Source: Candidatus Versatilivorator sp. (GTDB lineage: Bacteria > Acidobacteriota > Terriglobia > Versatilivoradales > Versatilivoraceae). From it: DNA of 64,000 bases. Within the stretch, counting starts at the first letter, position 1. The number at the start of each line of letters is the position of its first letter. Shown in pieces: positions 1 through 8,284 of this stretch. The stretch spans positions 3,744,001-3,808,000 of the forward strand of contig OZ242296.1 of NCBI GenBank assembly GCA_965207735.1. The letters are read 5' to 3'. The notes beneath the pieces are model-generated. The model was not told where the DNA came from and did not search any database. It saw only the letters and a list, made by a program, of their open reading frames with translations. A program made the position numbers and the translations under genes.

Positions 1-186
1 CGACCAGCCAACACGCTCCAACGCCAACGCCAGCCGGGGGTTGATTCTTCCGGTTCCGGCCAAGAGCCGATGCAGGGTGTTTCTCGAAACACCGAGCCGC
101 TTTGCAGCCGTGGTGACGCTCCAGCCGGTTTCCTCAATAGCCATTCGGATGGTTTCACCGGGATGCGCCGGGTTCAACATCGCCAT
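1..186 (-). CDS. higA: HigA-family antitoxin (HTH XRE), truncated by window edge
   Basis: Not in ORF track. Translates MAMLNPAHPGETIRMAIEETGWSVTTAAKRLGVSRNTLHRLLAGTGRINPRLALALERVGWS (HPGE motif + HTH); GAGGAG RBS; directly after higB. Confidence 0.9.
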   Translation of the reverse strand, partial: MAMLNPAHPGETIRMAIEETGWSVTTAAKRLGVSRNTLHRLLAGTGRINPRLALALERVGWS

Positions 187-196
187 TGCTGTCTCC

Positions 197-469
197 TCAG
201 TGGTAATCGACCAAGTCGACATCTACCGCTTCACCATCCTTGAACCCAAAGACAATCCGCCAGTTATGGGACACCTGGACACTCCAGAAACCACGCCAGG
301 AGCCTTTCAACGGGTGCAGTCGATAACCGGGGATGTCCATTTGCCGGGGTGTGCGGGCGTTTTCCAGGTCGGTCAAGATTTGTCGAATGCGAGTCGTCAT
401 GGCTGGGCTGATGCCGCGAACGTCGTCGCGTTCGTAGAACTGCCTCAAGCCTTTGTGTCTCAACTTCAC
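197..469 (-). CDS. higB: HigB/RelE-family toxin (plasmid maintenance killer type)
   Basis: RHKGLRQF...PGYRLHPLKG...WSVQVSHNWRIVF...VDLVDYH; GTG at 469 preferred over track start 547. Confidence 0.9.
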   Translation of the reverse strand: MKLRHKGLRQFYERDDVRGISPAMTTRIRQILTDLENARTPRQMDIPGYRLHPLKGSWRGFWSVQVSHNWRIVFGFKDGEAVDVDLVDYH

Positions 470-499
470 GTGAAGAATTGTCTCATAAGTTGAGACACA
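454..499. promoter_or_regulatory. Probable higBA operator inverted repeats
   Basis: 13-bp perfect IR TGTGTCTCAACTT (454-466) / AAGTTGAGACACA (487-499), plus TGTCTCA-N5-TGAGACA (479-497), spanning the higB start. Confidence 0.55.
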
Positions 500-558
500 T
501 ATGAAAGAGTCTTGTTGGCAGACACCCGCCGGGCTCAACGAAGCCACCGAAGGAGTGA

Positions 559-1072
559 GATGAGAACCCGGCCCATACGTTCGGAGCCGTTCATCCTGAT
601 GAAGAAGACCCCCCAGTTACAAGCTGTTATCAGGGGGCTGGCGCGGTCGAGTTTTCTGGCAACGCCCCTTTCACCGAATCGGCTGAGGTCTACACCACGT
701 CTTCCGGAGGCAAGTACACGACGGTCGTTCACAACGGGCCGGCACCGCTGACGCCCTACTCGTCATGGGCCGCGAGCGTGGGAGTGGTCGCGGTAGATGG
801 GGCCACTCCCACCAATGCCAGAGTCTTCAACAACTCTAATCGGAGTCAAACTGTTACTGCCGAAGTGTACTATCCCGACAGCGACAGCGAAGACCCCGAC
901 CCGCCCCTTTCCTTCTCCCTGCCGCCGAAGGGATGGATGCAAAAGACTGTAACGGCAAGGGGGAACGTGGCTATATCTTTTGGAAAATTCCCCGAGAAGC
1001 CTACTTGTGGGTAGTGAGTGTAGACAATCGCTCTAACGATGGCACGCTGGCGGCACCTACTCCTTTGGAGTG
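559..1072 (+). pseudogene. 3' remnant of a beta-rich secreted-type protein, frameshifted
   Basis: Frame open from 559 without a good start; near 1000 the alternative frame gives AYLWVVSVDNRSNDGT, resembling the YAVIND..SDG motif of 53581..55446. Confidence 0.45.
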
Positions 1073-1221
1073 ATGCCTGATTCGTAAGCTCTAAACTTCG
1101 TACGGAGTTCGCGCTTAATTTCTTCCAGTTCTTTGATCAGCATGTCGATCTGGCACTCAATTGTATTCGGATCAAACGCTTGTGGAGTTAAAGCCAACCG
1201 TTCATTCTTATCGCTCTTCAT
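1057..1221 (-). CDS. Small hypothetical protein (54 aa, helical)
   Basis: MKSDKNERLALTPQAFDPNTIECQIDMLIKELEEIKRELRTKFRAYESGITPKE; below track cut-off. Confidence 0.3.
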   Translation of the reverse strand: MKSDKNERLALTPQAFDPNTIECQIDMLIKELEEIKRELRTKFRAYESGITPKE

Positions 1222-1462
1222 TTGAAGAGCCCCCCGTTTTTCACGTATACGCTAAAAACGGTACTGGCGGAAAATCGTCGTAGTTCTAGCTAAAAAACAG
1301 ACCGAAACGAAACCCCGTATCATTGTTCCTTTCTGCTTACAGTTTCACCCCAAGGGCAATTCCGGCTGTGCCGCAGACCGCCAAGCATGTAGAGCGATGG
1401 ATATCCACTCGCTGCTTGAACTTGACTCATTTCTCAATATCGCCTTGGCTCAAGGAATCTAT

Positions 1463-2124
1463 TCAGTCAGAAGGTGATTTCGATTCCGTAGCATACTCCG
1501 CGTCTATTTCAAGCGCCATTTCCCGCAGTTTTGAGAGTTCACTCCGAACGAACGACGTGAAAATCTCGGCATCTTTTGCGTTGAGCCGCCACTCCCCCTG
1601 TGGGCAAAATACTCAGCAATCTGGTTCAACGGATACTCAAGTAATTCAAGCTGATAATCGACACCCGGGTACGCCCCGGCAATCCTACGATTCTCAAGGG
1701 CCGCATTGAACTTCACAACGATCTCACGGATCTGCGAAACGTGAATAGCCCCATACTCCCAGCCGTGATTGCCTCGAATCGACTCGTACACCTTTTCGAA
1801 GTAGTAGTGCAGTGTTTCGGGAAACAGTGCTTCCAACTTCTCTTTCTCAAACAGTTGTCGATGTTCCATATCTTCCTTTCTCAATTCCTGAAGCAACGCT
1901 GTCAAGGCCTTTTCCAACTGATTGTGTTGAGTGTCCAGGAGTTCCTTGAGACTCACCTGACGGAACATAGGGTTTCCCTGATTTTGCGCGATTGTCATCA
2001 AGTTGAACCCGGATTTGGTGATCGACATACGTGAAATGAAGTTGAAGCTTTTTTTGCCCTTACCTCTACGACGCTCCGTTGGATGTCCGATGGAGTCGTT
2101 ACGAATCTTGCGAATATCAGCCAA
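1463..2124 (-). pseudogene. Truncated, frameshifted helical protein with HEPN-like RNDSIGH motif
   Basis: In-frame TGA just upstream of LADIRKIRNDSIGHPT; C-terminus continues in another frame (RLNAKDAEIFTSFVRSELSKLREMALEIDAEY..., stop 1463); AT-richer than flanks. Confidence 0.55.
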
Positions 2125-2383
2125 TCACGGATCGGCTTCATAGGGAATCTCGAGTGTGTAAGGAAGTCTTTCGAGAAACTCACCGAGGGTGAGTCCTGTG
2201 TCTCTTACGATCCGACACAACAGTATTGGATAGATGTCTCGACCCGAGTGGAAGGGGACAGTGGCACTTCTTCCTTCAGGATGAAAAAACTGCTTGCGAA
2301 ATCCGCGCTGCCGGACCTCGGCAAAGCCGAGAGCTTAAGATCGCGACGGCCTCGCGCGGCTTGAGAGTCGGCGCCTTTGCCAT
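2125..2383 (-). pseudogene. hicA: HicA-family toxin pseudogene
   Basis: MAKAPTLKPREAVAIL / frameshift / LGFAEVRQRGFRKQFFHPEGRSATVPFHSGRDIYPILL...TGLTLGEFL; canonical GSH reads GFR. Confidence 0.8.
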
Positions 2384-2386
2384 GAT

Positions 2387-2596
2387 TCAGGGGAGTGAAA
2401 TTCGTTGAGTGCCGACAAACTCTCCTTCAAGCATCGGTTCTCCATCTTCCAGAAGCATTTCCACCACTTCGCGAAGGTTCGTGTTGAGCTCGTCTAGCGT
2501 GTCGGCTTGGGAGTGGGCTCCAGGGAATCCGGGAATGTAGCCCACGTAGAGACCGGTCTCAGGATCTTGTTCGACAACCGTCGTGTATTCTCTCAT
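2387..2596 (-). CDS. hicB: HicB-family antitoxin (short form)
   Basis: YVGYIPGFPGAHSQADTLDELNTNLREVVEMLLE motif; adjacent to hicA remnant. Confidence 0.9.
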   Translation of the reverse strand: MREYTTVVEQDPETGLYVGYIPGFPGAHSQADTLDELNTNLREVVEMLLEDGEPMLEGEFVGTQRISLP

Positions 2597-2901
2597 GGTA
2601 CGGAGACCTTCTCTCTTGGATTCGGCCCAGACTGAGAGGTTAACTCGGACCGAGCCACAGGATGGGGCAGGCGGCCAGGGACTGGATCAAGGAGTGCCCC
2701 TTGCCAGAACAGGGTCATATTCTATCTGTCCGAATCAAAATAATAGAGTACACCACTCAACAACTTGCTGGTGGCGAGAAGCCGTCTTTTTCCGTTGCTC
2801 GTGATAGAGAGGCTGACTGCATCGAGGGAATCATCCCAGCCCAAATTGCCGCTGAGCAACTGGGAGGGGTTGCTTTTGCGCGCGATTAGACTGAGGAAGA
2901 C

Positions 2902-3945
2902 TCAGGCCTCAATCTCCACCGAGGATGCCGCCTTTGCGATGGATGCCCAGATGTCGTCGGCGATGGGAATGCCGTCGCGCTGGCGGACCTGTTGGGCTCG
3001 GTCCTCGGGCACTCCTGGCAGCAGGACTTCCTTGAAGCCGGGGGCGGGTGGAATGGCCAGGGCTCGGCGGGCCAGTTCGTCGGCGCGCCGGCTGTATTGG
3101 GACAGGGGCTGGAACAGGTCGGCCCGAAAGGCGATCAAGGTGGCGCCGTGGCGTCGAAAGAGAGGGTCGGAATAGTCAAGCTGGGCCCCGTCGTCGGCCC
3201 CACTGAAAGTTCTGCCCAGCATCTCGGTGGCCAGCATCAAGGCATAGCCCTTGTGGCCGCCGAAAGGCAGGTGAGAACCACCGTCCATGAACTTCCGGGG
3301 GTCGGTGGTGGGATTTCCATCCTTGTCCACAACGGAATTGGGGGGAAGCTGCTGATTCCGGTTGAAGGCGTTGACCACTTTGACACCGGCGGTGGCGGAG
3401 GTGGCGAAATCGATGATGATCGGGGCCTGGCTTCCCGTGGGCAGGCCCATGGCGATGGGGTTGGTATGGAAAAGAGCCTTGCGCCCCCCATAAGGTGCCG
3501 CGGCCGGTTTCTCGGCACCCTGGCCTCCGGCCCAGACCATGGAGACCATGCCTTCGGCCGCGGCCATTTCCGCGTAGTGGCCCAGTCGGCCGATGTGGTG
3601 GGTTTGAACCAGGGAGACGACCGACAGACCCTGGCCCCGGGCCTTTTCAATGGCCGTCTGCATGGCGAAGCGACCCACCACGTGTCCGAAGGCCCAATCC
3701 CCCTGGACCAGCGCGCTGGCCGGGGTTTCTCGGGCGATCATCGGCTCTGCCGCCACGCGGATGTGTCCGTCCCGGATGGCCTGGACATAGCCCTCGATAT
3801 GCCATACGCCATGGGAATCCACCCCACGCAGGTTGGCCAGGACCAGGTGCTCCGCAACGATCTCGGCCTGGTCCGGGACGGCGCCGGCCGCTTCCAGAAT
3901 CTGCCGGGTCAACCGGCGAAGCTCGTCGGCTGTCTTGGTCACCAT
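2902..3945 (-). CDS. Ldh_2 family (malate/L-lactate/ureidoglycolate-type) dehydrogenase
   Basis: LRGVDSHG, HHIGRLGHY, TNPIA, DFATS, GGHKGYAL motifs. Confidence 0.92.
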   Translation of the reverse strand: MVTKTADELRRLTRQILEAAGAVPDQAEIVAEHLVLANLRGVDSHGVWHIEGYVQAIRDGHIRVAAEPMIARETPASALVQGDWAFGHVVGRFAMQTAIEKARGQGLSVVSLVQTHHIGRLGHYAEMAAAEGMVSMVWAGGQGAEKPAAAPYGGRKALFHTNPIAMGLPTGSQAPIIIDFATSATAGVKVVNAFNRNQQLPPNSVVDKDGNPTTDPRKFMDGGSHLPFGGHKGYALMLATEMLGRTFSGADDGAQLDYSDPLFRRHGATLIAFRADLFQPLSQYSRRADELARRALAIPPAPGFKEVLLPGVPEDRAQQVRQRDGIPIADDIWASIAKAASSVEIEA

Positions 3946-4024
3946 GAGCGGTCATTCCTGGATCGGTAGTTGACAGGATTCCTGAAGATCATCATTGAAC
4001 GAGCTTGTGCGGAATGAGGGCTAG

Positions 4025-5604
4025 GAGTCTGCGCCGCAGGACGATTTCGGAAAGTTCAAGAGCGAGAGGCTACTGCGCAAGGCCGGTTCCAAGGAGTGCT
4101 TGGGAGCCACTTGGGCGTTGATAGAGTCTCAAGCGTCCTGTGGGCTCCCACAATGGGCGGTTGAGGACCTCCGTGGCCCTGGGTATTGGGTGGAAATCCC
4201 TTGCTTCAGGCCGCCATCAACGCACTCATCCTCTTGATGTTGAGGGCCAGACACACCAAGTCCCACTCCCCCTGCACTGATTGCAAGCCCCGCAGACTGA
4301 ACCGTCGGAATCCCAGCCCCTCCTTGATCCACCCATGAGGGGCTTCGGCAATCCACTTCCTCCGCCGATACTCCACCTGACCGGCTAGGCTGGCCAGCTT
4401 CTTCCTCATACGACTCTTGGCCGGATGCTTCCTGGGATCGATCTCTACCGCCCGCTTCCCCTCGCGCCCCAGCGCAACATAACCGTCCACTCCTCTCTCT
4501 TCCAGGGCCTGCAAGTCCTCCTCATTGCAGTAGCCCGCATCCGCCAGCACCTGTTTCGGTATCTCCTGGAAGCTCTCCTCCACCTCCTCCAGCAACTCCA
4601 TCATCTGCCCCTGATCGCTCGCCTGCGCCGTTACCTCGGTGGCCACAATGATCTGGTGCTCTCCGTCCACCGCCACCTGCGCGTTGTAGCATTGCTGGAA
4701 CCCCTCGGTGGAAGTCTTCATGATCCGGCTTTCCGGATCGGTGAAATTACTCTGCGCCTTCTCCTCCGGTTCTCCGTAGGCCCGCTTGTAGGGCCGTCGT
4801 GCTTTCGGGTTGCGGTCCTGTCCCGGTTTGCGCCCCCGCTCCTCATCGGCCTCCCGCTGGGCCGCCTCCAGCCGCTGCTTGGCCGCCTCGATCGCCGCCA
4901 GCCGGTCCTCCCGCCGCCGCAACTCCTCGGGCAACTCATCCCCACGCCGGTCTTCCCCGTACCGCTCATCTTCCTCCCGGTCCTCCCGCCGCGCCTTCTT
5001 CAACAACTCATGGATCTCTGCCTTCAGTTGCCGCTCCCGCTCCTTCATCCGACCATAGCTCATCGCCTTGCGCCGGCTCGCGTTCGCCCGCACCTTCGTC
5101 CCGTCGATCCCCAATCGCCCCAACCCCACCATCCCCATCTCCCGCGCCAAGCTCACCACCTGTACGAACAGCTGCTTGAAGTCCTTCAAATGCCGGCGGC
5201 GAAACTCGCACAACGTCCGATGCTGCGGAAAGTTCCCCGCCGCCAGCATCCGAAACGCCACGTCTTCCTCCAGCTTCCTCGCGATCTTGCGCGACGAGAA
5301 CACCCCTGTCGCATAGGCGTAAATCAACACCTTCACCATCATCCGCGGCTCGTAGGGCGAGTTGCGCCTCCCGTCCTCTTCATAGGGCCGGTAAAACGCT
5401 CTCAACTCCAGCCCATCCACCAACTCACTCACCTGATGGGCCAAGTGCCCTTCCGGTACCCACTCCCCCAGGTCCGGCGGCAACATCAACAGTTGCTTCG
5501 GCTGATACGGGCGAAACCTTGTCCCCATCCACCACCTCCTATGATGTCTCTAAGCCCGTTATTGTATCATTCAGCCCTGCCCGGGTTTTCTGCGGCGCAG
5601 ACTC
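4025..5604 (-). mobile_element. IS1182-family insertion sequence, complete
   Basis: 15-bp perfect TIRs GAGTCTGCGCCGCAG (4025-4039) / CTGCGGCGCAGACTC (5590-5604), CTAG on both sides (4021-4024, 5605-5608). Confidence 0.9.
4206..5528 (-). CDS. IS1182-family DDE transposase
   Basis: YEPRMMVKVLIYAYATGVFSSRKI, IDGTKVRANAS, TDPESRIM, YNAQ, ADAGY, E..HGWIK..LGFRRF. Confidence 0.95.
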   Translation of the reverse strand: MGTRFRPYQPKQLLMLPPDLGEWVPEGHLAHQVSELVDGLELRAFYRPYEEDGRRNSPYEPRMMVKVLIYAYATGVFSSRKIARKLEEDVAFRMLAAGNFPQHRTLCEFRRRHLKDFKQLFVQVVSLAREMGMVGLGRLGIDGTKVRANASRRKAMSYGRMKERERQLKAEIHELLKKARREDREEDERYGEDRRGDELPEELRRREDRLAAIEAAKQRLEAAQREADEERGRKPGQDRNPKARRPYKRAYGEPEEKAQSNFTDPESRIMKTSTEGFQQCYNAQVAVDGEHQIIVATEVTAQASDQGQMMELLEEVEESFQEIPKQVLADAGYCNEEDLQALEERGVDGYVALGREGKRAVEIDPRKHPAKSRMRKKLASLAGQVEYRRRKWIAEAPHGWIKEGLGFRRFSLRGLQSVQGEWDLVCLALNIKRMSALMAA

Positions 5605-6684
5605 CTAGGTAAAGTCCTCGATGACCATGCCGCGGGTCTCGGGATGCTTCCGCAGAATCTCGGCGATGCCTGCCCGATCTCCCGCATCCACCTGGGTGCC
5701 GGGTGGACGGACAGGTCCCCCGGCCCTTCCCAAGGCTTCCATGGCCACCTTGATGCCGCTGATGCCGTAGCCCGGCTTGTAGCCGCGGATCTTGAGAATG
5801 GGGTCCAACTCGGTTTGCAGAACTTCTTCCATTTTGGCGGCCTCTCCGGCCACTCCGTGCTTCCAGAAACGCCTGGAGGACTCCGGAACCAGCGCGACCA
5901 CCGCGGTGGAATAGGCGCGGCTTCCCCGGGAAAATGAATCGGAGGCGGCCGGTTCATTTTCCGCCATGAACAGCAGGGGCTTGGCGACGGCCTCCAGAAT
6001 CTCTCCCCCGGTTCTGGGATAGTAGTCCTCATCAGCGCCCAGGGAGGGGAAGAATCCGATCATGTTGGGGATCTCGGCCAATCGGATGAGCACCTCCGGC
6101 CAGAAATCGTCTTGGCCCTTGGGGAGGACGACAGCGCCGATGGAGACCGAAGTCAGGATGTCCTTGTAGAATTCGTAGTAGCTTTCCGCGGGCCAGTTTC
6201 CCCTGGGAGGGAAAATCACCAGAGCATCCGCGCCGGCCTTTTCAGCATTCCTGGCCATGTCAATGGATATCTTGTATCCGCCGATCACACCCGCCATCAC
6301 GGGCATCTGCCGCCGGGCTCCGGCCACGGTGGCGGCGACCACCTCACGGTGTTCCTCCAGGCTCAGCTTCCAGCCTTCGCCATAGCCGCCTCCGACCACA
6401 ACCGTCAGTCGATCCCTTTCGGCGTGGTAGGCCACGTTGCGGCGAAGGCCCTCCAGGTCTACCGAGTAGTCGGCGTGAAATGGAGTGGGCAGGTAGTTGT
6501 GGGGACCGTCCAGGGCCTTGATCAGTTCCTCCGTGGAACTCCAGTGTCGGCCATGCGAGGAGGGCTGGCGGCAACCCCAGGGAAGAGCCGTTCCCACGAG
6601 GGCCATTGCTCCCATTTTGCAGAGATCCCTTCTGGAAGCCCATCGCCCTGAAGCCAACTTCGACTCTGTCGGATGATTCTTCAA
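5605..6684 (-). CDS. DHDPS/KDG-dehydratase-fold protein with Tat and lipoprotein-like signal, catalytically divergent
   Basis: PTPF...DLEGL, GGGYGE, AEKAGAD, GPVRPP; N-terminal SRRDLCK...LPWGC; Schiff-base Lys position reads IGFFPS. Confidence 0.8.
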   Translation of the reverse strand: MKNHPTESKLASGRWASRRDLCKMGAMALVGTALPWGCRQPSSHGRHWSSTEELIKALDGPHNYLPTPFHADYSVDLEGLRRNVAYHAERDRLTVVVGGGYGEGWKLSLEEHREVVAATVAGARRQMPVMAGVIGGYKISIDMARNAEKAGADALVIFPPRGNWPAESYYEFYKDILTSVSIGAVVLPKGQDDFWPEVLIRLAEIPNMIGFFPSLGADEDYYPRTGGEILEAVAKPLLFMAENEPAASDSFSRGSRAYSTAVVALVPESSRRFWKHGVAGEAAKMEEVLQTELDPILKIRGYKPGYGISGIKVAMEALGRAGGPVRPPGTQVDAGDRAGIAEILRKHPETRGMVIEDFT

Positions 6685-6802
6685 GGCTTCCTCAATTCTG
6701 TTGCGAATGCTGGGAGCTGAATTGCGGCTGTGCTACGGAGCCGATTACACCGATTTACCGGTACCGGACGTGGCCAATCGGTCTGATATCCGTTTCAAAA
6801 GG

Positions 6803-8281
6803 CTAAGCCAGAATCGGTTTCACCACCTTGCCGTGCACGTCCGTCAGTCGGAAATGACGCCCCTGAAACTTGAAGGTCAGGCGGGTGTGGTCGATCCCCA
6901 GGCAGTGCAGGATGGTGGCATGGAGGTCGTGGATGTGGACGGGGTCGCGGACGATGTTGTAGCTGTAGTCGTCCGTTTCGCCGTAAGTGGTCCCCGGCTT
7001 GATGCCTCCTCCCGCCATCCAGATGGTAAAGCAGCGGGGATGGTGATCGCGGCCGTAGTCGTCGGCCGTGAGTTTTCCCTGGCAGTAGATGGTGCGACCG
7101 AACTCGCCGCCCCAGATCACCAGGGTGTCCTCAAGCAATCCTCTTTCCTTCAGATCCTGGATCAGGGCCGCCGAGGGCTGGTCGGTATCCATGGCCTGCC
7201 CCTTGATCTGCTCGGGGAGCTTGGAGTGCTGGTCCCAGCCGCGATGGAAAAGCTGAACGAAACGCACGCCGCGTTCCACCAGTCTCCTGGCCAGCAGGCA
7301 GTTGGCCGCGTAGGTCCCGGGCTTTCGGGACGCCGGGCCATAGAGCTCGAAGGTTCTCTCCGGTTCACTCGACAGATCCATCAGGTCCGGTACCGAGGTC
7401 TGCATTCTGTAGGCCATCTCATACTGGGCAATGCGGGTGGAGATTTCCGGATCTCCAAAATCCTTCAGCTTCAACTGGTTGAGGCGGGAGAGATCATCCA
7501 GGAAGCGGCGGCGTCCGGCGGACGAGAGTCCCGGAGGATTGGAAAGGTAGAGCACCGGGTCTCCCACCGAGCGAAACTTGACTCCCTGGTACTTGGTGGG
7601 AAGGAAGCCGCTGCCCCACAAGCGATCGTAGAGGGGCTGGCTGTCCGACTTGCCGGTCCCCTGCGAGATCATGGACACAAAGGTGGGCAGGTCCCGGTTC
7701 TGACTTCCCAGCCCATAGGAGAGCCAGGATCCGATGCTGGGACGGCCGGCCAACTGGGCGCCGGTCTGGAAAAAGGTTATGGCCGGGTCGTGGTTGATCG
7801 CCTCGGTGTGCATGGTCCGAATGAAGCACAGCTCGTCGGCGACCTTGGCGGTATGGGACATGATTTCGCTGACCCAGGCTCCCGATTGGCCGTTCCGATT
7901 GAACTTGAAGATCGAGGGGGCAATGGGCAGGCTTTCCTGGGTGGCGGTCATCCCGGTGAGCCGCTGGCCCTTGCGCACCGAATCGGGCAGTTGCTTTGCC
8001 CGGCGCTCCTGCAGTCCGGGTTTGTGGTCGAACAGGTCCATTTGAGCGGGAGCGCCCGACTGGAACAGGTAGATCACTCTCTTGGCCTTGGGGGCAAAGT
8101 GAGGAAGCCCCGTAAGCCCGCCATCTCCGGGCAGCGGTTGGAGGGTGGACCGGTCCGGTCCGGCTGCGTCCGCGTCTCCCTCCAGCAGCGACGCCAGTGC
8201 GGCTGTCCCCAGTCCCCAACTGGAGAGACCGAAAAAGTGGCGACGGGTGAGCATAAGCTGGCTTTCCAGGAAAGGATTCAT
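6803..8281 (-). CDS. DUF1501 family protein (Tat signal)
   Basis: [50 protein letters not shown]. Confidence 0.95.
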   Translation of the reverse strand: MNPFLESQLMLTRRHFFGLSSWGLGTAALASLLEGDADAAGPDRSTLQPLPGDGGLTGLPHFAPKAKRVIYLFQSGAPAQMDLFDHKPGLQERRAKQLPDSVRKGQRLTGMTATQESLPIAPSIFKFNRNGQSGAWVSEIMSHTAKVADELCFIRTMHTEAINHDPAITFFQTGAQLAGRPSIGSWLSYGLGSQNRDLPTFVSMISQGTGKSDSQPLYDRLWGSGFLPTKYQGVKFRSVGDPVLYLSNPPGLSSAGRRRFLDDLSRLNQLKLKDFGDPEISTRIAQYEMAYRMQTSVPDLMDLSSEPERTFELYGPASRKPGTYAANCLLARRLVERGVRFVQLFHRGWDQHSKLPEQIKGQAMDTDQPSAALIQDLKERGLLEDTLVIWGGEFGRTIYCQGKLTADDYGRDHHPRCFTIWMAGGGIKPGTTYGETDDYSYNIVRDPVHIHDLHATILHCLGIDHTRLTFKFQGRHFRLTDVHGKVVKPILA

Positions 8282-8284
8282 GGC

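Noticed and set aside
2125-2127. TGA read-through or selenocysteine upstream of the HEPN-like ORF
   Set aside because: Region carries several other lesions; decay is the simpler explanation
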